From Bdellovibrionales bacterium (GTDB lineage: Bacteria; Bdellovibrionota; Bdellovibrionia; Bdellovibrionales; JAGQZY01), in NCBI GenBank assembly GCA_031426555.1, contig JANPLN010000025.1:32001-96000 (forward strand): a stretch of 64,000 bases of DNA. Reading direction: 5' to 3'. The number at the start of each line of letters is the position of its first letter. The first letter of the stretch is position 1. Below the pieces are notes generated by a model. That model had not been told where the DNA came from and did not search any database. It worked only from the letters and a program-made list of their open reading frames with translations. The position numbers were made by a program, and so were the translations under genes. Below, piece after piece: positions 38,365 to 47,141 of the stretch.

Positions 38365-38841
38365 TTACCCCTTGGTCGGAAGCTCGATGGAAACTATCAC
38401 TTCGTCTTTGGCTCCCACGCCCATGTAACGAACATCGTTGATTCCTAAATCAGACATTTTCATTTTGAATTGTGCCTTCAATTTGCCGTCTTTGACTTCG
38501 TAGGTGCCAGTCACGTTGTGTTTTTGACCTTTGATTTCCAACGTGGCGGTTCCCTTTCCGCCTTTGCCTTCGGCCTTGATCAGTTTTGCCATGGGAAATT
38601 TTTCTACATTAAGGCGCTCTTTTAAGTGCTTGTCGCGCAAACCGATACCCGTGGTGAGAGATTTTAAATCGATGAGCACACCTTCGGCGCTGGCTTGACC
38701 GCCAGACACTTGCGCTGCACCTTTGATTTTTTTGGTGGTCGCTTGAAAACTTCCCGCTGGGCTTAATTTAACGTCGATCTCTAAACTCTGGGCAAAAACT
38801 GGATGTGCGCAAAAAAGCATGGCCATCAACATGAATCTCAT
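38365..38841 (-). CDS. YceI family lipid/quinone-binding protein
   Basis: DLKSLTTGIGLRDKHL, ATLEIKG, MSDLGI; GAGGAG RBS. Confidence 0.88.
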   Translation of the reverse strand: MRFMLMAMLFCAHPVFAQSLEIDVKLSPAGSFQATTKKIKGAAQVSGGQASAEGVLIDLKSLTTGIGLRDKHLKERLNVEKFPMAKLIKAEGKGGKGTATLEIKGQKHNVTGTYEVKDGKLKAQFKMKMSDLGINDVRYMGVGAKDEVIVSIELPTKG

Positions 38842-38887
38842 AAATCTCTCCTCGTTTATTGAGAACAAGCCGTTATCTGACATTTGC

Positions 38888-38916
38888 TTGCTTCATCTAT
38901 TTATACTAGCTACAAT
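38888..38916 (+). promoter_or_regulatory. Putative sigma70 promoter giving a near-leaderless transcript
   Basis: TTGCTT-N17-TACAAT, 8 nt before the ATG at 38925. Confidence 0.5.
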
Positions 38917-38924
38917 CTTTCGAA

Positions 38925-40088
38925 ATGACACGTATTTGTCTCATCTTAGGACTAGTCATCACGATCTTCGCTATTCACCCGTCGGCGAATGCGTATCCGC
39001 AATTTATTGGCTATAAATATAGCTCGTGCCTCACCTGTCATTATAATGGAAATGGCGGGGGCGCACTTAACGACTATGGTCGAGCTTTATGGTCTGCTGA
39101 AATCGCCGGCAAACTCTTTAATGGTAAAACTTCCGATGAAAAATTAGCGGAGTCTTCGGGATTTTTGGGCAGCACAAAATTGCCGTGGTGGATTCGCCCG
39201 GGAATAAAAGCCCGACAGCTCTATTACATATCAGATATGTCTTCAGACAACGAGCGCACCGACAGTATAACGATGCAAGCAGAGGCCAACGTCGCCATCT
39301 TTTTTGATCGCGATCAAAAATACGCCTTTGTCGGCTCCATCGGTTATGTTCCCGAACCTCTTCGCGCCTCTGCCAATACCGAGTTTGATACAATGATTAC
39401 TCGGGAGCATTACCTCCGCGTGCAAACCACGGAAGCACTCTGGTTATACATCGGCAAAACGGACAAGGTTTACGGCATTCGTCATGTCAATCACACTGCG
39501 TACAGTCGCGCCTTTGTGGGCCTTGCACAAAACGATCAAACCCACGGAGTTATCGCTCACTATGTGAAACCCGAATGGGAATGGAGCGTGCATGCCTTCG
39601 CCGGAAACATGTCGCAGGATTCCGATCGCCGACAAGTGGGGGCATCGACGATGTACGAGTACGAACTCAAACCTGCGTGGCGTCTTGGCGTGTCGGCTCT
39701 GAACTCCACCAATGATTACGTGGCCAATCAGCGCTTTGCCGCGCACTCACGTTACGGCTTTGGCTACGGCTCCGCAATTCTATTTGAAATTGGAAATATT
39801 AAAAACACGCCCGAACGCGGTGCTGGCACCAACGGATACTATGTCTACTCCGAGGCCATCCAAAAAATGGCCCGTGGTTATCATGTGTTTGTGTCGGGGC
39901 AAGCTTACAAAGAAGACATGGTGGCGGAAGAAGCCGACAACTTTAAACTGGCCGTGGGTATGTTGATATTTCCCATGGCGCGCACGGAATTTCGTTTTGA
40001 TCTTGAAAACGTAAGATCAGTCAATCCCGGCGCTGCTGTGGACAACGACTCCTGGAATTTTATGCTACAGGCCCATATTTCTCTTTAG
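38925..40088 (+). CDS. Outer-membrane beta-barrel with an N-terminal CXXCH motif
   Basis: AYPQFIGYKYSSCLTCH...GGALNDYGR; amphipathic strands; ends LQAHISL. Confidence 0.65.
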   Translation: MTRICLILGLVITIFAIHPSANAYPQFIGYKYSSCLTCHYNGNGGGALNDYGRALWSAEIAGKLFNGKTSDEKLAESSGFLGSTKLPWWIRPGIKARQLYYISDMSSDNERTDSITMQAEANVAIFFDRDQKYAFVGSIGYVPEPLRASANTEFDTMITREHYLRVQTTEALWLYIGKTDKVYGIRHVNHTAYSRAFVGLAQNDQTHGVIAHYVKPEWEWSVHAFAGNMSQDSDRRQVGASTMYEYELKPAWRLGVSALNSTNDYVANQRFAAHSRYGFGYGSAILFEIGNIKNTPERGAGTNGYYVYSEAIQKMARGYHVFVSGQAYKEDMVAEEADNFKLAVGMLIFPMARTEFRFDLENVRSVNPGAAVDNDSWNFMLQAHISL

Positions 40089-40096
40089 AGGTTCGA

Positions 40097-40750
40097 ATGA
40101 AAAATGTGTTAGTGCTCAGTATTCTATTGCTCTCCAGCGGATCAGTTTGGGCCCAAGCCACTCAAAGCAAATCGAATCAAGTTAAAACCAAACACTCCAA
40201 AGCTAAAAGTAGCAAATCAAAAACCTTACTTAAAAAAAGTTATTACGACGTGTCTGTTCAGTACTTAGTATGGAACGAACTCATCGAAGCCTCCGGACCG
40301 GGTATCACTGGCGATGGCCGCTTTCAGTTTGCAGGCTATCAGTTTGGGTTAACGCACAACAGACCCTTTAGCGGCATTCGTTGGGTGCGCCAATACGCCT
40401 CCTATCTCACCATTGGAACCGCAAAAGGCGCTGGAATTTCGGGAACTTTTACCGATGAGTTTAAAAACCAACTTTGGGCCGCGCTTTCAGTTTCGGCCGG
40501 CATCACCTATCGCACCACTGCCGTTTCCGAATTGAGTCTGTTTGCTCCCATCTCCGCACGATTTATTAGCTGGGAGCTGGCAAGCAACGCCGCCATCGAG
40601 CTCGACAAAGAAACTTCGTTTTCGGCGGGCCTTGGATTTCAATTTACGCATAGGTTTTCCACACGCTCGGCGATGATGGTTTCTGTGGCCCATCAATTTT
40701 TGTGGGAAGCCACACAGTGGTCCATCGGCTACCAGTATTCCCTGCGCTAG
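40097..40750 (+). CDS. Small outer-membrane beta-barrel-like hypothetical protein
   Basis: Signal peptide, alternating strands, C-terminal IGYQYSLR. Confidence 0.55.
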   Translation: MKNVLVLSILLLSSGSVWAQATQSKSNQVKTKHSKAKSSKSKTLLKKSYYDVSVQYLVWNELIEASGPGITGDGRFQFAGYQFGLTHNRPFSGIRWVRQYASYLTIGTAKGAGISGTFTDEFKNQLWAALSVSAGITYRTTAVSELSLFAPISARFISWELASNAAIELDKETSFSAGLGFQFTHRFSTRSAMMVSVAHQFLWEATQWSIGYQYSLR

Positions 40751-40843
40751 GATTGTCACTCCGCTTCAGTGCCCCCTGAACTTCGCTTGCTAGGACCCCT
40801 TTTCATGCTATGCTCAGGCCGTCCATTTTCTAAGGGGGGTTTT

Positions 40844-41932
40844 ATGAAATGGTTCTTCGCAACAATCGCAACATTCTGTTTATTTTCCGCAAACGCACAG
40901 GGGCCCACACCTCACGGTTTCTCTGACGAGCAACTGGAGTCCATGGCTCTGCAAAATTTGGCGCTGGCACAGCAGGAGCGCTCACTGGGCGTCACGCGCG
41001 CCACAAGTTTGGTGTTGCCGTTTGCCGAGTATCAAACAACTGGCTTTGTCGTATTCAGCGACGACGACTATTACGGAATGGCTGAAGAGATCAAATCCAC
41101 CATTGCCAAAAATTTACCTGCTAATACGATGCTTCTCATTTACACAGACTCTACGAGCAAAAGTTATCAAACACAGTTGTTTAACCAATATTCTAAATAT
41201 ATCGCTGGCGATCGCTTAAAAATTCTTCAGGTTCCGGCCACAGGCTCCAATAATTTTTGGACCCGCGACAACTTGCCACTGCCTGTTTGGGACAACACTC
41301 AGTTTGCCCTGGTGGATGCGCGCTATTATTACAACTTCGAACCCGATGTGTTTTTTAAAAATCTTTTCGGCGTCAGCATGACCGCTCATAAGTATATTTA
41401 CGAAGGTGGAAATTTTATCGCCAACTCCCTGGGAAATTGCATTGTGGTGAACCGTAAAAAATCCTATCCAGGTGGCGTTTCGGATACGGCAGCCATTCCC
41501 GATGATATTTTTAAATCTCTTTATGGCTGTAAAACGTTAACGCGCCTAAAGCATCTTAAAGGTATTGGTCATGCCGATGAGGTGGTTAAATTTATGTCGG
41601 ACACCCTTATCTTCACCGACACTCCCGAGTACGTCACACAACTCAAAAATGCCGGTTTTGACGTGGTGATGCTGCCAGAGCCAGAACTCGACTACGAAAC
41701 GTATATTAACTCTTTACAAGTGAACGACACGATTTTTGTTCCAACCTTTGGCGAATCAGGAGATCAAACAGCCGTTGCAGCCTACAAACAGCTGGGGCTT
41801 AAAGTGATCCCCATTCCCACTCGCGAATTGGCGACTGGTGGACAAGGTGGAATTCATTGCATCACCATGAACTACCCGCCCTCGGCCCTTGCATCCATCG
41901 TGAGCCGCATGGGAGCGCAGATCGTAAAATAA
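40844..41932 (+). CDS. Secreted agmatine deiminase / peptidylarginine deiminase family enzyme
   Basis: Signal peptide; WTRD, EGGN, GHAD, YIN, GGIHCIT catalytic motifs. Confidence 0.88.
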   Translation: MKWFFATIATFCLFSANAQGPTPHGFSDEQLESMALQNLALAQQERSLGVTRATSLVLPFAEYQTTGFVVFSDDDYYGMAEEIKSTIAKNLPANTMLLIYTDSTSKSYQTQLFNQYSKYIAGDRLKILQVPATGSNNFWTRDNLPLPVWDNTQFALVDARYYYNFEPDVFFKNLFGVSMTAHKYIYEGGNFIANSLGNCIVVNRKKSYPGGVSDTAAIPDDIFKSLYGCKTLTRLKHLKGIGHADEVVKFMSDTLIFTDTPEYVTQLKNAGFDVVMLPEPELDYETYINSLQVNDTIFVPTFGESGDQTAVAAYKQLGLKVIPIPTRELATGGQGGIHCITMNYPPSALASIVSRMGAQIVK

Positions 41933-41934
41933 AA

Positions 41935-42606
41935 ATGCGCAAACTGTTTCTTGCTCCGCTCAAAGCGGAATTTTCCATCCTCTCTCATGCTTTTCAACAA
42001 CAATGGAAGCATGAGAGTTTGCAAATCCAATCACACACTGCTTTGTATTTTCCCGAAGTCGATCTCTACTTGGCTGTAGGCGGCTTGGGTAAAGTGGATA
42101 TGGCTATAAAAACTCAGTTTTGGCTTTCGCACATCTCTGATTGCCAACTGATGGCCTGCGTAGGGTCTGCTGGCAGTTTAGATGAGTCACTAAAAATGGG
42201 CGACATCATCGTTGCTAACAAAACGGTGGAGCATGATTTCAAACAGATTTTTTTCAAAAAACCGCTTCCCGAGTTTCCCATGGGCAGCGCATGGATCGAT
42301 GTTTTGCAACTGTCGCAATATCCACACATTCATCACGCCCCCATAGCCAGTGGCGATGAAGACATTTTGAGCTCCGAACGCCGCCAGGAGCTTTTCAAAC
42401 TCACTGGCGCGCCAGCTGTGGCCTGGGAAGGGGCCGGAGCGGCTCGCGCCTGTGCCTTTTTAAAAATTCCGTATTGTGAAATTCGCGGAATCGCCGACGA
42501 TGTGTCTTCAGATCTGTCATCCAACCCGAAGCAAGATTTTACGAAAAATTTAAACCACTCCATGCTTAAGGTGGCCAGTTGGTTACTTCTCGTGTGCGCG
42601 AATTGA
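41935..42606 (+). CDS. MTA/SAH nucleosidase family protein
   Basis: GGLGKV, GSAGSL...GDIIVA...EHD, IASGD, AWEGAG, IRGIAD. Confidence 0.85.
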   Translation: MRKLFLAPLKAEFSILSHAFQQQWKHESLQIQSHTALYFPEVDLYLAVGGLGKVDMAIKTQFWLSHISDCQLMACVGSAGSLDESLKMGDIIVANKTVEHDFKQIFFKKPLPEFPMGSAWIDVLQLSQYPHIHHAPIASGDEDILSSERRQELFKLTGAPAVAWEGAGAARACAFLKIPYCEIRGIADDVSSDLSSNPKQDFTKNLNHSMLKVASWLLLVCAN

Positions 42607-42607
42607 A

Positions 42608-43714
42608 ATGTTTGTAGCCCTGTTTTTTTCTTTGCTAAACGCGAAAACAACGTACTCACCATCCATGTACTTGGAACAAACTAAAGAGTGTCATTTTCCA
42701 AAAAAATCTCCCACCTACAATGACAGCGAGCTGCTACAACTCGACGTGCTTAGCATGCGTCGCCTCTTTCCCCTGTCGAGCCCGCTGATTTCACAAACGA
42801 CGTTCTTACAAAAACTCAGCGAAGCGCTCTATAAAAACGAAGCCGATTGCAAAAATCACAACCTCACGCATTGGGGTAAAAACGAGGAATTTCCATCCTT
42901 GGGACTCATGCACGCAATTTGGTACGGAAAAAGTTCTTCCAAAAAATACGCAGAGCAATTTCCTGAGCTGATTCGTTATCTGCGAAAAAATATCAGAGCG
43001 TCCGACCAGCAAATTTCGTGGCCCGCACTTTTGCAAAAAAATCCATTGCCACCTGCGCCTTGGGAGTCGCAAGCAGAGTTTGCAGACATTAAAAAAGTGT
43101 CGTTGGCCATCGAAAGCGTTAAAGAGTCTGCGCAGTTAGCGCTTATTCAAAAAAACCAAGCAGCGCTTTACAAAGACGCGTACACCTTGTTTGAAATCCG
43201 CCATTTTTTGTCGAATCCAAAAATTCTTCAGCTGCAGGCACAATTTGTGATCGAAAAAACATTTTTATCTCTGCATCGAATTTTAGCCGCCAGCCATCGC
43301 GAATCGCCGCCAGAGGCACAACTTATGTATCGTAAAATTCAACTCCTTTTGAGTTCCCCAGAGGGAGTCTTGTCCATCGTGGATTATTTAAATTTTAAAG
43401 GCGAAGGACTTAAACCCTCCGAACGCACGCCGATTGAAAAATATCCATGGGGTCTAAAAACTGTGCTCGAAATCATGCCTGCGATGGATCCTGCCGACAC
43501 CAATCAACAACCCAATGTGCAATTCACCCAGGCGGCCCTGTGCTCTCTGCAGCGAATGGCCTACCATTCGGGCTCCGCAGACTCCAAAGACCAATTGCAA
43601 CGTTATGCATGGCTCAACGGCGGCTGGAAAACCCGCATCGAAAGTAATTATTTACCCAATACGTTTTCCACTGTTCGTTGCGCACAAACTGTGACACCAT
43701 TGGAAGCACAATGA
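42608..43714 (+). CDS. Secreted conserved hypothetical protein
   Basis: HW.KNEEFPSLG.MHAIWY, DYLNFKGEG, WGL.TVL, GW.TRI motifs; four Cys. Confidence 0.6.
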   Translation: MFVALFFSLLNAKTTYSPSMYLEQTKECHFPKKSPTYNDSELLQLDVLSMRRLFPLSSPLISQTTFLQKLSEALYKNEADCKNHNLTHWGKNEEFPSLGLMHAIWYGKSSSKKYAEQFPELIRYLRKNIRASDQQISWPALLQKNPLPPAPWESQAEFADIKKVSLAIESVKESAQLALIQKNQAALYKDAYTLFEIRHFLSNPKILQLQAQFVIEKTFLSLHRILAASHRESPPEAQLMYRKIQLLLSSPEGVLSIVDYLNFKGEGLKPSERTPIEKYPWGLKTVLEIMPAMDPADTNQQPNVQFTQAALCSLQRMAYHSGSADSKDQLQRYAWLNGGWKTRIESNYLPNTFSTVRCAQTVTPLEAQ

Positions 43715-44124
43715 CGGTGCCATTTATAAAAGATCTTTTTTTTGAATTCGAATTTATCAGCCAGCGAAGCCGGGGTCCGGGCGGCCAAAATGTAAACAAA
43801 ACAAACTCTTCCATTCAATTGCGGTGGAGCTTTTTAGACTCGCAAATTCTTAGCGAAGAACAAAAGTCGATGATTGCCCGAAAACTCAGTGCCATCATCA
43901 GTACAGAAAACGTTTTGTACATTCGCAGCGACGTCCATCGCGATCAAGACATGAACAAAAAAGAAGTTTTGCAAAGACTTCAACAGGCACTCATCAAAGC
44001 TTTTCACAGACCAAAAACCCGCCGCCCCACCAAACCCACAAAAAGCTCCCAACGCAAGCGCGTAGAAACCAAACGCCATAAATCCGAAATCAAAAAATCC
44101 CGCCAAGGCAAATGGACCGACTAG
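43711..44124 (+). CDS. arfB: Alternative ribosome rescue peptidyl-tRNA hydrolase ArfB
   Basis: RSRGPGGQNVNKT; basic tail RRPTKPTKSS.RKR..K..KSEIKKSR. Confidence 0.93.
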   Translation: MTVPFIKDLFFEFEFISQRSRGPGGQNVNKTNSSIQLRWSFLDSQILSEEQKSMIARKLSAIISTENVLYIRSDVHRDQDMNKKEVLQRLQQALIKAFHRPKTRRPTKPTKSSQRKRVETKRHKSEIKKSRQGKWTD

Positions 44125-44134
44125 GGATATTTCC

Positions 44135-44333
44135 GACGGGCAAATTTCCAGGAATTTTTGAGTATTGCGGTTTTCTTTTAAAAAACAAAATAGGTACTTT
44201 TAGGACACGCTCATCCGTGGCTCAACTGTTGTCGCTTCGCGATCGCGTCACGCTCAACAGAGGTCCCAAAAGCACCTATTTTGTTTTTTAAAAGAAAACC
44301 GCAATACTCAAAAATTCCTAAAAATTTCTCGTC
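44135..44333. repeat. REPIN/MITE-like long inverted-repeat element, copy 1
   Basis: Arms of about 70 bp (44135-44206 and 44263-44333); the inner ~55 bp are near-perfect reverse complements around a structured loop. Confidence 0.85.
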
Positions 44334-44362
44334 CTCAATTCAACGCTTGGAGACTATTTTTC

Positions 44363-44562
44363 GACACATTTTCATACCTGGTTACAGTACTTCTCTTCTG
44401 TGTGAGCGCAATCGTGTTGATTGGTGGCGTTTTAATATTGTTGATCCAGACGATGCAATCTCCTTCCGGCGACAACAGTTGAGCCATGGATGAGCATGTC
44501 CCAAAAAGAGAGATTTTAAATCTTGGAGAAAAAAAGAACCCCCCAAATTCGAAAAATGTGTC
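44363..44562. repeat. Degenerate inverted copy 2 of the same element
   Basis: Reverse complement TTTTGGGACATGCTCATCCATGGCTCAACTGTTGTCGC matches the copy 1 core with 3 mismatches; termini GACACATTTT / AAAATGTGTC. Confidence 0.7.
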
Positions 44563-44570
44563 TGTAAACC

Positions 44571-45788
44571 TTAGTTAGGTAGAGTTCGTTCGCGGATGAC
44601 GAGGTAGGATAGCAACAAGGCCGTAAAAGACACAATCACGGCAAGCACTCCCACCCAGCCATAATTGTGTAAAAGTCCATTGGAGTCTCTCGTAACAATG
44701 GCGCCCGCTATCACTGCGCCGAGTCCGGCCATGAGTTGTTGAATGCAGCCGACGAAGCTCATAAATGAGCCACGATACTCTGGACTTGGCACGCTGGAGA
44801 TAAGTGCCAGTGCGGGAACCCAACGGGCATTCACACAAATAAAAAATAATCCGACGATAGTGAGCGTGAGATAGATGGATTGCACTGACAGATGCGTAAT
44901 CCACAAAGTTACAAAAATGGAAGAGATCAAACCGTACTTAAAAACCTTGTGTTTGCCAACTTGATCCGACAGGCGCCCCACAAACGGTCCCGTGATAAAT
45001 GTGAGCGTGCCGCCAACCAGGTAGATAAATGGCAGTTGAGATTCTTTAAGCCCCGCATTTGCAACGAGCGACGGACTTAAAAAGGGAATGATCATAAATT
45101 GTCCCAAAACAAGAAAGCCACCAAAGGCCAAGGCCCAAAGCTGTCCCGGCGTCTTGAATATATGTAGGAGTGGATCTAAAACCGGTTTGCGCACTCGGTT
45201 TTCAACAAGGTGGGAAGATTGTTTCGGTATCCACAAAATGATCATTGGAAATATTAAAAACGAAACTCCGGCTAAAAATAAAAAGCTACTATGCCATCCC
45301 CACAGGTTCGCCAAAAACAAAGCAAAGGGAACACCAGCGATGGACGCTAGCGAAAACGCCGTGGAGATCACACCCATGGCAGTTCCGCGTTTTTCATAGG
45401 GGATGACGTCGCTCACGATGGAAAGAACCACGGAGTTTAAAACCCCACCAAATACGCCCGTTAAAGCACGGGATAGCAATAGGAGCTCGTAGGTAGGTGC
45501 AAGGGCGCATGCAAGGGTGCCAACGCAAAAACCAATAAAAAAGAATATCAGCAATTTCTTGCGATCGTACTGATCCATTATAAACGATGCTAAAAATCCC
45601 GAGATTCCCGCACAAAAGGTGTAGCTTGAAACCAACCAACTAAACTGCGTGGTAGTGATTGAAAAAAGACGCATGAGTTGAGGCCCTAAGGGCATCAAAA
45701 TCATAAAATCAACAATGTGATTGAATTGAATGGCAGCAAGAATAAACAGCAGGATTTTCTCCTGCCGACTGAAGGAGATTTTCACCAA
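44571..45788 (-). CDS. MFS transporter
   Basis: About 12 TM segments, DQYDRK motif A variant, GRLSDQVGK. Confidence 0.92.
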   Translation of the reverse strand: MVKISFSRQEKILLFILAAIQFNHIVDFMILMPLGPQLMRLFSITTTQFSWLVSSYTFCAGISGFLASFIMDQYDRKKLLIFFFIGFCVGTLACALAPTYELLLLSRALTGVFGGVLNSVVLSIVSDVIPYEKRGTAMGVISTAFSLASIAGVPFALFLANLWGWHSSFLFLAGVSFLIFPMIILWIPKQSSHLVENRVRKPVLDPLLHIFKTPGQLWALAFGGFLVLGQFMIIPFLSPSLVANAGLKESQLPFIYLVGGTLTFITGPFVGRLSDQVGKHKVFKYGLISSIFVTLWITHLSVQSIYLTLTIVGLFFICVNARWVPALALISSVPSPEYRGSFMSFVGCIQQLMAGLGAVIAGAIVTRDSNGLLHNYGWVGVLAVIVSFTALLLSYLVIRERTLPN

Positions 45789-45800
45789 GCCAGGATAGAG

Positions 45801-45829
45801 TTGCCGTTCATCTCAGTCAATACTAGAAT
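45801..45829 (+). promoter_or_regulatory. Putative sigma70 promoter giving a leaderless mRNA
   Basis: TTGCCG-N17-TAGAAT, 6 nt before the ATG at 45836; no RBS visible. Confidence 0.5.
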
Positions 45830-45835
45830 CTAAAC

Positions 45836-47122
45836 ATGACGCTGGTTTTTTTGCTTTTCGCAATTTTACACACCCACGCCGCAGAATTTGAGTGGTCTGG
45901 CGAAGTTCGCGGCGAAGGCCATGCGTATGCAAACGAATTGACCTCCCCCACACGTCAGTACGACGGCATCTTACAGAGCATCATGGATTTTGATGTCAAA
46001 TTTAACCGCCGCAGTCGCTTGCACTTTAAACCCAATTTACGCAGCAATTTATCCACCCAACAACATCCCGAAAATCTTTTTTTAAACCTGCAAGAGGCTT
46101 ACTGGGAAATAAAACTTGAACCTTTAAAAATAAAAATTGGCTCCAACACCCATAATTGGGGCGTACTCGACGGCTACAGCACCATGGACGTCATAAACGG
46201 CCGCGTTCTTTTCAATCCACTCTCATCGGAAAAACGCGGGGCCCCCGGCGTTCAGCTCTCCTCGGAGTTTGGTTCCTTGCAAGTGCAAGCCTTGTATATT
46301 CCTTTGCAAGCGCGAACACTCTTTCCCTCCACCGACAGTCGCTGGCTTCCGCGGGAGGTTTTGGTCAATGCCTCTACGGCCGATCAAACCATATTGCTCC
46401 CTTCGTCATTTCGTTACTACTATCCGGGATACCAGGAATTACAAAAGGCCCTGGAAAATAATTACGGCTTCAAATTGGATTATCGCTACAACGATTTTGA
46501 CACCTCGGTGATGTTTTTTGAAGGCACGTCCATCACACCACAAACCCGTATTTTATTTGCCGCCGATGTGGTGTCCATCAATCCCGATGTGTTGCAGGCG
46601 CGCTCGGACATTGGAATTATCCCCGTTTATTTTAAACAAAGAACTGTGGGCTCAAGTATCACGTGGACGCAGGACAGTTTTGTTTTGAAACTCGAATCGA
46701 CCTATGCCGATAGCATTCCCAACGACCCCATTATCCCCCCATGGTCATGGCAAAACGGGATTGGCCTTGAAATCCCCTGGACACTCACCGACACCACAAC
46801 TGCCACGATTTTACTTCAAACGTATTACGGAGAGAATGAAGATGCTCTGGACAATATGATGAGCTCCTCAACGCGCCTCTTCGATCGCAGTGTGCTGTTG
46901 GGACTTCGTGTTTCTTTTTCCACAGAAACCAATTGTACAGCGTCTTTCCTTTATAATTATCGCGACGAGAGTTTTTACGCACGTTTGCAAGCGGAAACCA
47001 AATGGAGCCAAAGCTGGAAGTCGTCACTCACCTTAGACCTGCTCCAGGGCGATGACAGTACGCTGCTGGGAACTTACAACAAAAACGACCGCGCCATGGT
47101 CTCACTGTCGTACTTATGGTAA
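45836..47122 (+). CDS. Outer-membrane beta-barrel of the type found with MMPL/LolA-like systems
   Basis: Signal peptide; LQEAYW, KIG...NWG.LD...DVIN; C-terminal VSLSYLW. Confidence 0.7.
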   Translation: MTLVFLLFAILHTHAAEFEWSGEVRGEGHAYANELTSPTRQYDGILQSIMDFDVKFNRRSRLHFKPNLRSNLSTQQHPENLFLNLQEAYWEIKLEPLKIKIGSNTHNWGVLDGYSTMDVINGRVLFNPLSSEKRGAPGVQLSSEFGSLQVQALYIPLQARTLFPSTDSRWLPREVLVNASTADQTILLPSSFRYYYPGYQELQKALENNYGFKLDYRYNDFDTSVMFFEGTSITPQTRILFAADVVSINPDVLQARSDIGIIPVYFKQRTVGSSITWTQDSFVLKLESTYADSIPNDPIIPPWSWQNGIGLEIPWTLTDTTTATILLQTYYGENEDALDNMMSSSTRLFDRSVLLGLRVSFSTETNCTASFLYNYRDESFYARLQAETKWSQSWKSSLTLDLLQGDDSTLLGTYNKNDRAMVSLSYLW

Positions 47123-47141
47123 AGACCTTGCGGAGCAGGGC

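Noticed and set aside
44281..44493. 70-aa ORF
   Set aside because: It lies entirely within the inverted-repeat elements, starts with TTG and has no protein-like features.
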